A stretch of 64,000 nucleotides of DNA, taken from Vitrella brassicaformis CCMP3155. Its lineage: Eukaryota; Protista; Chromerida. The notes beneath the pieces are model-generated. The model was not told where the DNA came from. It searched no databases and saw nothing but the letters and a program-made list of their open reading frames with translations. The stretch spans positions 62,001 through 126,000 of the forward strand of contig CDMY01000086.1 of assembly GCA_001179505.1 (NCBI GenBank), given 5' to 3'. A program made the position numbers and the translations under genes. This document shows, piece by piece, positions 41,494 through 53,516 of the stretch (position 1 is its first letter; the number at the start of each line of letters is the position of its first letter).

Positions 41494-44421
41494 TCAGTCC
41501 TGTTTGTGTGTGTGTGAGTGCTCGCCCTTTGTCGTGAATGTGAACTCGTGTGGCATGGCACACACCAGACAGTGATAGCGATACGAACGGTCCACCTCGC
41601 CCTTCTCCCGGCCCCAACCAGTAGCTTGAGGGTCACGACGAAGCGACCTGCACACCAACACATACCAACACACACAGAACACACACACACACACACACGC
41701 CCATCCGGTGACTAAGGGAGTGAGTAATGGGCTGTGTGTCGTCTGTGTGTGTGTACCTGAAAAGTGTGTTGTATTTGTGGTTCATGGATGCAGTCTCGAA
41801 GGTCGGCAGAGAAGCCGCCTCCTACACACACCAGTCCACACACACACACGTGTTGATCATGGATGAGACATGAGACACACTCACGCAGATACATGGACAT
41901 TCAGCTGCTTGTGGGCCGGGCCACCGACAGACCTGTATTGAGTATTTGCTGCTGATTCGCGGCTTGCGCTTCTTCTCTGCCACACACACACACAGACACG
42001 CAGACATACGTACATCCATCTAAGTGCGTGTCGTCCGTGGTGCCTGCTGACTTACCAGTTTGTGCTGCCGTGGCAGACGGCTGCGCCCCTCCATCAGCCG
42101 CCTCACCATGAGCACCATCTGACCGATCACACACACCGACCGACCTTTGCTTTTCAGAGGTGATGGTTGGCAGGCAAGCCCACCTGCAGCAGGAGCAGCT
42201 GCCGCAGATGCTGGTGACGTGACAGTGTCCTTCTGGTCACCATCCGCCGTATCAGTGGCTATCGCAGGAGGCGCCTGCACACAGAGAGGGAGATCACCAG
42301 CCGTCTTCCCTCCATGCCCATTCACGCCACCTTGGCTTTGCTCAGGATAATGGCCTGTGGCGCCGTCTTGGATAGAGCCAGGGCCTTCGGTGCTGTTGAT
42401 CCTGCTGCGGACTGCTGGCCGCTCCGCACATTCAGCGTCGCAGCCAGCCGGCTGACCGCCGACGGCTTCTGAGAACTCTTGACAGTATCCTCGCCAGCTC
42501 CTGCTGCTGCTGTTGGGGCAGCCTGTTTGCCTTTGGTAGGTGATGCGGCGGGCGGCAAAGCCAGGGTGAGACTCTCAGTTGGGGAGGCGGGGCTTTCGGG
42601 CTGGCCTGCGGCCGGTGTGTGCGGCTGTTCTCTTGTGGGGCTTCTGACGCCGTCATCGTCTCTGTGTGTGCCGGAGCTGGGCCGCTGGCTCTTGGGCGAA
42701 GTGATGAACGCCGACGACTCTGACGCCCGGCCGGGGAGGCCCTCCATTATCACGGCAGCATCGTAGTACTCTGTTGACCAACAGCAAGGGGTGGCGGCTA
42801 TTTATTTGTGGCTGTGGCTGAGTGTCTGCCTGCCGCCTACCCCTGGCAGCGTCCTTGATGGCCATGGGTGCTGTGTCTCGTGGACTGGGCTGTGTGGGCT
42901 GCAGGTGCGCCGCCATGATTCGCGTGCCGCGACCCTGCTCATCGTCGAGCTGCAATGGCTCCTGATGGGGCACATGGGACAAGCACACAGAGAGTGTGTG
43001 AATGTGTGTCTCCGTCGGTCGCTCACATACGCACGTACATTTCCCCGTCTGAGTGCGGTTTTGAATCTGTGTCTCGTGTCGTCACGGAGAGCACGGCCGA
43101 CGGGGGCCACCTGCAAATATACACCATGAATGCCAACGGCATTTGCTCCCTTTGCCTGGGTGTGGTGGGTTCTCACCTCCTCGCCCGTCGGCCGATACTC
43201 GTTGAGCACCCACTGGAGAGAACATCTGCGCACGTGGGGATCCGATCCACACCTCAATCAGCCCTGCCCCTCCCCTGTCTGTCTGTCTGTCTCTGTGTGT
43301 GTGTGTCAGCTTATTTACCGTCCTGGCAGGAGTCTGTGTATGAGGTAGGGCAGCCTTTCGAAGACCTTGGCGAACTCATCGAATATCACAAACTCGGTAA
43401 TGCTGCCTGCTGCCTGAGTAAGTGACTCCATCGTGACTTCGAACAGCCGCCGGGCCTGCTGCAGGGACAGCTCGTCAGCGAAGAGGATGTCTGCGAGCAG
43501 TGCGGTGCGGTCTTTGGTGAGGTCGTTGCGCTGTGTTGCGAAGTACAGCTCGAAGATCTCGTCAGGAGACAGACACGCGTCGTCATCCGCGTCAAACACT
43601 CTGGGATGGTTGAGTGATGCATTCATTCACACGTGTATGTGTGTGGACTGCTGAGCGGCCAGTGTGTATTCATTTACCTGAATAGGGACCGCAGGCGTGT
43701 CAGCTGGTCAGCTTTGCTGATCTGCAGGCAACACTCAGACATGCTGCACGGCCGTCTTCTGTGCCTGTGTGTTCGTGTCTCATGAGACTCACGAGTATGA
43801 GTGCCGTGACGAGATCGATGGCCTTGAGGAACCCCTGCTTCCGCCGGTCCACTCGATCAAACAGCAGCTCTCAACATAACACACAAACCCCACACAGACA
43901 GCACAAGACGGCAATCCATATCGGCTGACACAGACGGCACAGATCCGCGTCTCCCCTACCCAGGAGCATCTCTTCTTGCGTCACAGCCGGCCCCGACATG
44001 CTGTCCCGCCTCTCCCCCTTCCTCAGAGCAATCCCCCCGCCCGGCGCGTATGTGGCAGAGAGGGGCCCCGGCCCGGTGGATGACAAGGGAGACATGAGCT
44101 GTCCCCCGCTGCTGGGTTCCGCCGCACTCACGTGTCGGGGCGGGTGGGAGTCCCTCTGTGGGCTGGGGGGGGGGGCCCGCAGCAGGAAGCGGCGGGCCTT
44201 GCGGAGAAACGTCATGGCGCTGATCTGCACTCATACACAAACACAGACAGACAGACGCGGATTGGTGTGGCGTCTGCACACAACTTGTGTGGTGTTGTTG
44301 TGGTGCGTACTTTTCCATCGGCTTCTGGCTGTGTGAGCAGGTCTCGCTTGATGGAGTACCACAGCCGCTCCAGCCGAGGCAGCGCCAGACACTCGGTGTG
44401 CACATGTTCCACCATATCCAT
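41494..44421 (-). CDS. EF-hand calcium-binding protein with low-complexity C-terminal half, multi-exon
   Basis: Canonical loop DADDDACLSPDE (43593-43558) and a degenerate loop DRRKQGFLKAID; exons chained to a stop at 41494. Confidence 0.68.
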
Positions 44422-44536
44422 CTGACAAACACACCAGAGGGGGACGAAAAGAGAAGAGGACGAACATCATATTGACCATTTAAACGCTTACATCAAACTG
44501 GGGAGCGAACATCGTCGCGCTCGACTGCGTCATCAC

Positions 44537-44547
44537 TGCGAGCTTAG
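44537..44547 (+). promoter_or_regulatory. TGCGAGCTTAG motif in the EF-hand/rhomboid divergent interval
   Basis: Between ATGs 44421(-) and 44640(+). Confidence 0.55.
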
Positions 44548-44639
44548 CCCGAAACCCTGATCGTTTCCGGGGATTGCAGCCGAGAAGCACAGGGGCAGCA
44601 CAGGGGCAGCACAGAGGCTGATTGCCTCATCATCAAACC

Positions 44640-45773
44640 ATGGATGGTAATGTGTTCCTAGATAACATCAGCGATGGAATGGAGCGTGCATTCGCCTACC
44701 ACTCGTCCTTCCGCAACCCCGCCCTGACCGGCTCGCTGCTCGCCAACACGGCCGTCTTCGTGGCGTGGCGGCTGGGCGCCAGGCGGCGCATGCCGCACAT
44801 CATCAACTCCCTCTCTCGCCACTTTATCTGCTCGCCAGAGGCACTCAAGAATGGCCGGTACCACACGCTGGTGACCTGCGGCTTCAGCCACATCACCCTC
44901 CCACACTTCCTCGTCAATGCATGGGCCCTGGATCTGTTCGGTACCGTGAATGAGAAACACGCATACATGCAGAAAAATGTGTGTGCATCTGTGTCTGTCC
45001 GCAGGTCGTTCGGTGGCTTCTGATTTGTCCACGCGCGACTTTCTGGCGCTGTACGGCCTGTCGAGTGCGGCAGCGGCACTGGTGCAGGTGAGAACGTCCG
45101 GGATGCCCGTGGCAGGCGCCTCGGGCATGGTCATGGCCCTGTCGATGGTCGTGGCGTGTCTGCGGCCGCGTGAGTCCTACATCGTGATATTCCCCCTACC
45201 AGCACTCTCCCTGACGGCCCTGCAGCTGTCAGACCTGTCAGTGGGCATCAATCTGCTGATGCACTACTACACGAGGTGGCGCCTGGGGGGTGGCGGATAT
45301 CGCGTGGGTGGGCGGGGTGGCATGCAGGCCTTCGTGACGATAGCGTGGGCGGGTCACCTGGCTGGCTGCATGAGTGGGTTGGGCTTCGTCTACTGGAAGC
45401 GCCTGGTCGAGGGAAGCAACAAATACTTCGACTGGATCAACCTCCACCAACAATTCTTCTGGTACGTGGATATATACACCGACATATCAACGGCAAGCCG
45501 GGAGAGTCGTCCATACGTGGGTGTGTGCACGTCTGCGTGTGTGTGTGTGTGTTTAGGTATGACTGGCGTGTGTCGTTTCTCAACTTCGGGTCCTCGTGTC
45601 GCCAGTTCCTTTTGAGGTGTCAGCTGCGGCAGGAGACGCTCAGCAAGGCCGAGAGGCGGCTGCTGGAGGGGGAACTGGACAGACTCAAGACGGAACAAGC
45701 ACTCCGGAGAAGACTGCAGGGGGCGGATGGTGGCGTACCGAGGACGATGGGCGGCGGGGGGTGGTTCGGATAG
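44640..45773 (+). CDS. Rhomboid-family intramembrane serine protease (PARL-like), 3 exons
   Basis: GRYHTLVTCGFSHITLPHFLVN, catalytic GASG, AWAGHLAG. Confidence 0.88.
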
Positions 45774-48614
45774 AGAAGGGAGGGAGGGGTGTGTACAGAT
45801 GGGTGGGTGGATTGATTAATGTCGGTCTGTCTCGCGTGTTGTTTATCGTGACTGACGGAATGAGGAGTGAAGGCATTCATTCATGTACAACGGCACGTGC
45901 AACCATCAGATCAAGTCCTTGTGAGTGCGCATGCAATGGAATGGAACGCACCATCCATCCATCCATCCGTCAGTCGCCATCCGCTATCATCATCAGTACA
46001 TGCACACGGATGCCAGGCACACGTGAGTCAGTCCATAGATGCTCATCACTTGCTCACCGCCGCGCACACCCAACTCAAAACGAATGACATCATTCGCTCG
46101 ACGGGACCCCCAGGCAGCATCCCCTCCACCCGATCACACCCTCCAGTCTCTCCAAGTGTATATATGGAGGACCACTAATTGCCACTACATACGCACTCAC
46201 ACGTATAGATATCACACCCATCACGTGACCCACCCCTCACTGCACAGGCCGTGCACCCGTCCGTGTGTCTTATGTGGCGTTAGTCTGCCCCACGGAAAAA
46301 TTACACACTCACTCCCTAACATAGCTCAGCCATCCATCCATCCATCGCCAGCGACCACACGATGGAGCGTCCGCCATCAAAACGCAGGTATCTCTTGACG
46401 TGTCTCGGGCGGTACGAGCGAGCGAGGTGACTAAGCATACGTTTCAATTCATGTATATCTCTCTCAACACAAAAACCACAAACAGGAGAAGCTCATTGGT
46501 CAATAGGTGGTAGATCGATGGGCATTCACGCACTTTTACCGCATCACGTCACATCGGGTGTGATGTGCACATGTACAAAAAAAGACAAAACGTTGATGGG
46601 ATAAGGGATAGACTGACGCCTATGTGCATGCATGCACACGTACACACACACACATACACACGGGCACCCACCCGTACACAGTCCATGCACCACTGTCGAT
46701 GAATTAGAGAAAACTGTCGCCGGCCCACCCATACACAGGCAGACAGACATCTCGTAGACATACAGTAATACAGACAAGTCAGATAGGTGAGCGAATGAGT
46801 AAGTGAGTGGGCCGGCTGGCGTGCCCACTCCTGGGTCTGTGCACGCATCTTTGGGCGCCTCGCCGGCCGGCCACCCATATAGCTCATCCACAGTCATTCA
46901 TTCCCATACTGCCTGCCCTGCCTGCCTACGCGAAAAATGTGGGGGGCCAGTTCAGACAGACAGACAGGCAGACAGACCGACAGGGCAGATAGACAGACCC
47001 GTGTACACCACTTGCTGAGACTTGACCCGAGACAGAAAATTGCCCGTTACATGTGTTTGTACATGTATAAAATGTGCGCTCTGTGGGGCACACGCAGAGG
47101 CAGGCCAGCCACACAACGATGGACACATATATGCGCTTCCGCCCCCCTTTTGTCTGATAGCCTGGCCTGTCTGACATTGTCGAATTATGCACCCCAATAG
47201 GTGTATCGATTCATTGAATTAGACAGTATGCATGTAAGTATGTATGTATGTATGTGTGTATGTATACACAAAATGCGTGTACATGTCGTGTGTATACAAA
47301 AACGCGTTCGTTTCATTCATGCACAGCACAGCACAGCACAGCACAGCACGGCACGGCACGGCACGCACAATACGGGCTGGCGTAGGCAGCTCAAAAAGGC
47401 ACGGCTAAGCTAAGCCGCCCGAGCAAGCCCACACCACCCACCCAGCCAGCCAGCCGTGTGTACCTGTACTCATACACATCGCCCGACCAATACATATATA
47501 CATACGCATACAGATGCGCATACACATATACATCATAGACAGACCGCCAGCTCGCTCCCTCATCCTTCACGTCCGTCCTGCAGTCGTTCCTTCATTCCTT
47601 CACACGCAATCATTTGCTGCGATGCTCGCACTCGGCCAAGCAAACTTATTGCCATCCGGATGGGAGCAATTGCGATCCATACACACACGTACATAGAGCA
47701 AGAACGAATACGTGCAGATAGAACAGAAGAGGGACACACAAGAGATACACACGGAGACTGGCTGGGCGCACCCGTCAGTCACTCGGCCGGTGTCTCTTTC
47801 GGCCGGCCGTCGACGAATGATGGATGGATGTATCGCCTCTCGCATGCGTGTCGGCCGTGTGCAGTGAGTCAGCAAGTGAGTGGATGAGTGAGTATGATCG
47901 TAGGTATGGTAGGATTATGTTGGTGGGTGTACGCCAAAACCACAAGAAATGAGTAAGACAATCAGTGAATGAATCAACCAATGCGGTGAGCCGAACCAGC
48001 AGCAGCAAAGCAGGCCGAACACGCACACACACGCACAGACACACACAAACAGACAGACAGACAGAGAACAGCACACGCACCCTCCGTCTCTTTCCCTCGC
48101 TCGAACCCATCAATCAATCAATCAATCAGTGAAGATACAGCCGCACGCACAGCCAGACACATCCAGATACCGTTCCTCCCTGCTCACGTCTTTTTTCCTT
48201 CATCAGCCGCTGCCTTTCTCGTCAGCCAGTCGCCTTATCAAAACCCTCAATGGGCACCAGTCAGTCGTTCATCACACACGTCTCACGTCTATACACGATG
48301 TCTATGTATGTACGTATGTATGTGTGTACGTATGCATGGGTACGCAATATAGGCGAATACGCAGCTGATGTCAACCGGTCGATTGATGTAGGGGCCGGCC
48401 ACTGAGGCAGCCCAGCGACAGAAAATAGACTAGAGAGCAAAGCAAACAGGGGGGGAAGGATCCAACACACCAACATACCAAAACCTAAGTCCTAGCATAC
48501 ATGAGTCCCACTGACTGGCCACTCCCTCCCTCCCCCCCTCCCTCCCTCTCTCTCCTCTCTGACTGTCTGTGTGTGCACCCCTGTGTCCGCCATGACGCCT
48601 GGCAGGTAAGCTGG

Positions 48615-49844
48615 CTATGAGCGGTCGTTTTGGATGAGCCGGATGCCCTCGTCAGCGGGGTCCGACACCGGCGAGATGGAATCGACGGATGAGGCGGCGT
48701 CGCCGCAGCCGTTGGAAGCAGCGCATGGGTGGTCAGGGTCATCAGACTCGTCCCACGACTCACCCACGTCGTCCGACGGACCGCCCCCCTCACCCTTCCT
48801 TTCTTGCCCCTTGGCTCTCTTGCGCCGCGCGTTGACCCCCTTCTGCTGCTGGCTCCCCTTGTCCTCGTCGTGTGTCGGGTCCCCTCCATTGTCAAGGATG
48901 GATTTGACACCCGCCCCCCGGTCTCCCCGATCGCTGGTCTTGTGCCGCCAGTGGTAGTGGCACTGCCGCAGCGGCGAGCGGTCCCCCTCCTCTGTATCCT
49001 CCGTGTGGTCACTGCACCCTGACGGCCACTCACAGGACATGTCGTGAATCGCTGACGTGGCGGGCGTGCTCGCCGTTGTGGGCGTGATGATGCCCCGCTT
49101 GTCGCCCAGGGACCAGCCGTACTGGCGCCGCTGAGAGGGTGAGAATCCCACGATGTGGAAGGGGTCGCGTGCGGACCGGCTGGATGGGCGTGGGAGGGCC
49201 TTGCGGGAGGGATGGTGGGGCACGCCGGGGAGGTGGGGGGAGGAGTGTAGCTTGTCGTGGCAGGGCTCGGACGGGGCAGTGGACGTGCCGTCCACGGAGT
49301 CACTGTCGCCCTCTGCTGACAATCCTGAATGGCACACAGCAGCAATCAGAACGGATATGGCAGAGGGAATGGAGTGGCACAACCTCCACCCCCGTGCACC
49401 CGCCCTGCGCCAGCAGTGAGCCCACCTTGAGTTTTGTTGATGCAGGGCAGCCTGAACGAGCGCTGCGACAGACAAAACTTGAACGGGCCCGTGCCTGACG
49501 ATGTCATCTTGTCGGCGGCTTCTGGCACACTCACTGAATGGGCTCTCTACCCGCAGGGCAATGCCACACACACACTGTTGCGTTCCTGCCCGCTACTCTC
49601 TCCTTTGTTGTTTGCTTCGCGCACTCGTACGCTCCTCTGTACAGGGTTTGTTTCGTAAATTTGCATCGCCAGTACACAGACAGACAGACACACACACAGA
49701 GAGAGAGGGGGACACACCACGCAGAGCAATGAATGCATCTCGCTCAACTTGAAGGGCCCAGCTTTTACAGCTGTCCCACTGCTGTTTCAAGCTTGACAGG
49801 AGGATTGAGACATTGTTGGTCTTGAGATCACCAAGCTCTGCCAC
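48615..49844 (-). CDS. Hypothetical low-complexity protein; 5' end unresolved
   Basis: Exon-like segments LKTNNVSILLSSLKQQWDSCKSWALQVERDAF and GPFKFCLSQRSFRLPCINKTQ join a long Ser/Asp/Gly-rich terminal exon. Confidence 0.5.
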
Positions 49845-50069
49845 ATGCTCATGCTCATGTCAATGTCTCACGCACCAGAGCCACGCAAAAACCAAGACGA
49901 TTGGTCATAAAAGCACATACCCAAAGCCACACCCACACGCCGACACACAGAGAGCCAACAGTGACCGTCAATAAATAACACCAACACAACAAACACTGCC
50001 TCATGCACATGTAGTGTACCTACTATAGTACTGAGTGCACAGGCGTCAATAACAGAACGCTACGACTCT

Positions 50070-51580
50070 CTATCGAGCAAAGTCGTCAATAACAGTTACC
50101 CGGCTGGGACAGTAGATCACATACTCCACACCATGCCTTGAAGTGATGATGACCGAATCGTACCCCTGTGCCTTGAGCTTGTCACCGGTCAGGCAAGGGT
50201 CGCGCTGAGTGAGCTCTTTGACGCGTCCCAGGTCGAGACGCAGCTTCAGGATCCAGCCCCGGTTGCCAGAATTCGCCTTCCAATCCGTGACATTGATTTC
50301 ATTGCAGGCATAGAAGCCATCCCCCGCATAGTTGCCAGATCGGCTGCGCGTGATGTCGACGCCGTTCCTCTTAATGGACTCTGCTGCTGCTCTGCTTGTT
50401 TGGTGGAATGCGATGATGCCACCATCCCCACCACTGTCGGGGCCGCTGGAGGAGCGCTCGTGCTGCTGACGGTCTTCTTTGCAGCCTCTGATTTGCGGCC
50501 TCCAAGCTTGTCTGACTTTTGAAAAGCAGCGGGCTGCAAAGCCAATCCACCTTATCGCGCCGCATTGCTGCTGTGCATGAGTGCACCGATGCTGCTCTTC
50601 CTTGTCCTTCAAGACATTGGCGAAAGCCTCGTTGACAGGGTGCTCCATGAACTTAACCAAAGACTTCTTCCTGTGGGCTGGAGTCAAGAACCACCGCGGA
50701 AGGCCATCGAGAACCTTCATGACGAAGACGCGAAGCTTGCAGTTCCCCGGTTGTTCAGGGTTGAGGGGCTCTTCATCTCCCCAGAGAAGCCTCAATGACT
50801 CGAGCACATCGGTGCGTATCTGAATGAGCGAAGATAAGCAACGGGCAATGGGCAACATGCAGGCGTGTCATGAAGGTGGTGCCACTTTCTCTCCTCCTCG
50901 CTTCTTCTCACTTGCGAATCACGAGTGCTCGTTAGCACATAGCTTCGAATCCGACATTCGAGGCCTTCGAACAATTGCACCGATGCGAGGCCGCTGCAAG
51001 CTTCGCCAATGCGAGCGCGAAATCGAGGAGACCCCAGCAGCGCGCAAATCCGCCGAATTACTAAGTTGGTCCGCCCGCATTTCAGCGCAGCACACACCTG
51101 TGACGCAATCCGACCACCCTGTGAGGTGATAGATTGGGCAACCTGTCTGCCGTGCTCGTTGTGATTTTCCCTCACCGCGAAGGCGGGGCCGATGATGAGG
51201 GCTAGCAGAGAAGATACACTGCCGTCCGGCAGGAGAGCGTCATCATGCAGGAGGAACGACGCCACTTCCGGCAGAAGAAGTATGTCCAAGACCGTGTCAA
51301 GCTCATCAAAAGCCGCACACACTGCGGAATCTGCACCACACCCACACCAGGACACACAGGGAAACAGGATCTCGTCTGTGAGCGCTGTTTGTCCCGGGCA
51401 CACTGCACCTTGGTCAGCGGAAGAGGGCAGTGTGCTGAGCCTTTCCCGCAAGGCATCACCGAGAGCTATGCGCGGTTGGCGGCTGTAGGTGCTGGAAGAT
51501 CTGGCGTGGCTGACGAAACGTCTTACGACAGCACTCAGGTGGTCACTAGGGCACGATGGGACATCTTTAACGAGATCCAT
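50070..51580 (-). CDS. Protein with a helical N-terminal region and a C-terminal GIG2/PARP-like ADP-ribosyltransferase domain
   Basis: AFHQTSRAAAESIKRNG...AGDGFYA...WILKLRLDLGRVK...GYDSV...GVEYVIYCPSRV; triad H (50403-50405), Y (50310-50312), E (50124-50126). A phase-0 intron joins DSQ to IRTDVLE. Confidence 0.8.
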
Positions 51581-51679
51581 CCGGGAAGGGATTCAAGAGA
51601 AGATAGCACACAAGCGGGGGGCGAAAGAAACGCGCAAAGCAACGACAGGGACGACAGGAAGGAGTGAGGCGAGATCAAC

Positions 51680-51688
51680 TGCGAGCTA
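51680..51688 (+). promoter_or_regulatory. TGCGAGCTA motif in the ART/CDGSH divergent interval
   Basis: Between ATGs 51580(-) and 51724(+). Confidence 0.55.
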
Positions 51689-51723
51689 ACCTTTTTTGCG
51701 GGCACAAAGAAGGGCTGCGGAGG

Positions 51724-52206
51724 ATGCCTTGGCACGAGTGGTGGCCGTATGACCCTGTGCCGGTCATTCCGCGGACAGATCCTTACCTCGTCTGGTGTGA
51801 ATCCAAAAAGGTCAGTCACGCACCCCGCCCTTCCTTCACATCACACAAACAAGTGAAAAGTGCAAGAGGACAGACACAGCCGGCTGCCTCCTTTCTGCTT
51901 GTGTGTGTGCTGCGACTCTGTGCTCCGGTCCGTCAGGTGTACTGGTGGTGTGCGTGTGGTCGGAGCCAGAACCAGCCGTGGTGCGATGGTTCGCACAAGG
52001 GCACTGCGTTCAAGCCGGTGGCGGTGATCCCCAAGTTCAACGGGCCGCTGATCCTGTGTGGGTGCAAGCACGGCGAGAACCGGCCCCGCTGCAACGGGAC
52101 GCACCTCTGGGTCAAGGCACAGCGATACACGCCACAGGCATGCGCGTGGCTCTTCACCGTCATGTTCTGCATGGGCATGACCACCACGTGGCTGTGGCAC
52201 CCATAG
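51724..52206 (+). CDS. Double CDGSH iron-sulfur protein with C-terminal TM (CISD3/ApiCox13-like), 2 exons
   Basis: YWWCACGRSQNQPWCDGSH and LCGCKHGENRPRCNGTH; hydrophobic tail; intron 51811-51936. Confidence 0.88.
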   Translation: MPWHEWWPYDPVPVIPRTDPYLVWCESKKVSHAPRPSFTSHKQVKSARGQTQPAASFLLVCVLRLCAPVRQVYWWCACGRSQNQPWCDGSHKGTAFKPVAVIPKFNGPLILCGCKHGENRPRCNGTHLWVKAQRYTPQACAWLFTVMFCMGMTTTWLWHP

Positions 52207-53516
52207 ACAGACACGCACAGTCACACTGACAGACACCCACACTGACAGACACACAGACGGAGGGTGGAGGGAGGGAGGGTCTGCTGGCTGGGTGCGTGTG
52301 TGAGGTTGTGTTTGGTGAGGGAGCTGTTTTGCCCCTCGTGAGTGAGCCAGAGATCCGTGCAGTGAGAGGCCTTTCAAGCGTCCCTGTGTTGTGGGTGGGT
52401 TGGGAGGTGTACTCTAGCAGTGGCTGAGCGACCAGGGGCGAGCCAGAGGGAGAATGACTTGTCCCTCCACGGCTCCATGTATGTGTGTACGGATGTACGC
52501 CTGGCTGGTCTGTGCCGGCCCATCCGTCTGTCCATCCGTCTGTCTGTTTGTCTGTCTGTCTGTCTGTGGAATGGCTGGCTTGCACTGCTTGTTGTGTTTG
52601 CCCACGGTCATCATTCGGCACATAATCTTTCTACCACGCACACACGCGCCATCGATTTCGTTTGGCTGTGCCTTGTGCTGTGGATTTGTGGGAGTCGACC
52701 CCCAACAAATCGCAGGCACTGTGCACAGCGGGATGCAATCAGTCGCGGTGTGTCTGCATCTAGAAAGAATCGAAGCCGGGGCAGGCAAGGAGGTTTGGTT
52801 CATCCGCGCAAACTCACTGCTGCAATTTTTTTCCATGGATGGATGGATGGACGGATGGATGGATGTGGCCATTCATACTCAAACAGATGAATGATGGAGA
52901 GAAGGACTGGCTGCGTGCCGTGCGGCGGTGGGTTTGTTGTGAGTCTGTATGCACACTCACTGACTGATTGGCCGGGCCGATCTGCTTGTACATGAATGGA
53001 TCTCTATGCGACTTCACAACTCTTTTCTTCAAGAGCCAGCCCTAGAGATGGACAAGACTTGTTCGATCATCATTCCCGGCGTTGACCGGACTGGCCAAAA
53101 ATTCTGGACGGCGAGAATTGAAGAGAGACGGACAACGGAGAATGCCATCAAGGCCTGAGACATCCCATTCTCATTTCATTCATTCATTCATTCATTCATT
53201 CATTCTAGGGGGGGCGAGTCTTTGTCGGCGCGACCAACCACACATACGTACGTACGTGGATGAATGAAGACACGTACACATCCGGGTGCACACGAGTGTG
53301 AACGTCTCGTGCTTGTTTGTTCGGTGCATAGCATAGGCACACAGGGGTCCGTCCGTCCATACAGAGCAGTGCAGGCATCTCCATCCATCCATCCACTCAG
53401 AAAGAAAACTCACTACAGTAGGTACTGCTGGGCAGGACGGCGGTCGATCGCGGTCGGGTCGGGTGGATATGTCGTCAGTCGATTCCGATATCCCGCTGCA
53501 TTCATCCTTAGTAGCC

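Noticed and set aside
44551-44558. AAACCCT telobox or telomere-like word
   Set aside because: A single imperfect copy; I did not see it in the other promoters.
44587-44617. Short 11-bp tandem repeat (gcacaggggca) in the rhomboid 5' region
   Set aside because: Fewer than three copies, probably slippage, with no further support.
45800-48600. Many short ORFs in a 2.8-kb region, and likewise at 52210-53500 and 59950-61000
   Set aside because: Microsatellite-rich, with no coherent exon chain or protein-like sequence; treated as UTR or intergenic.
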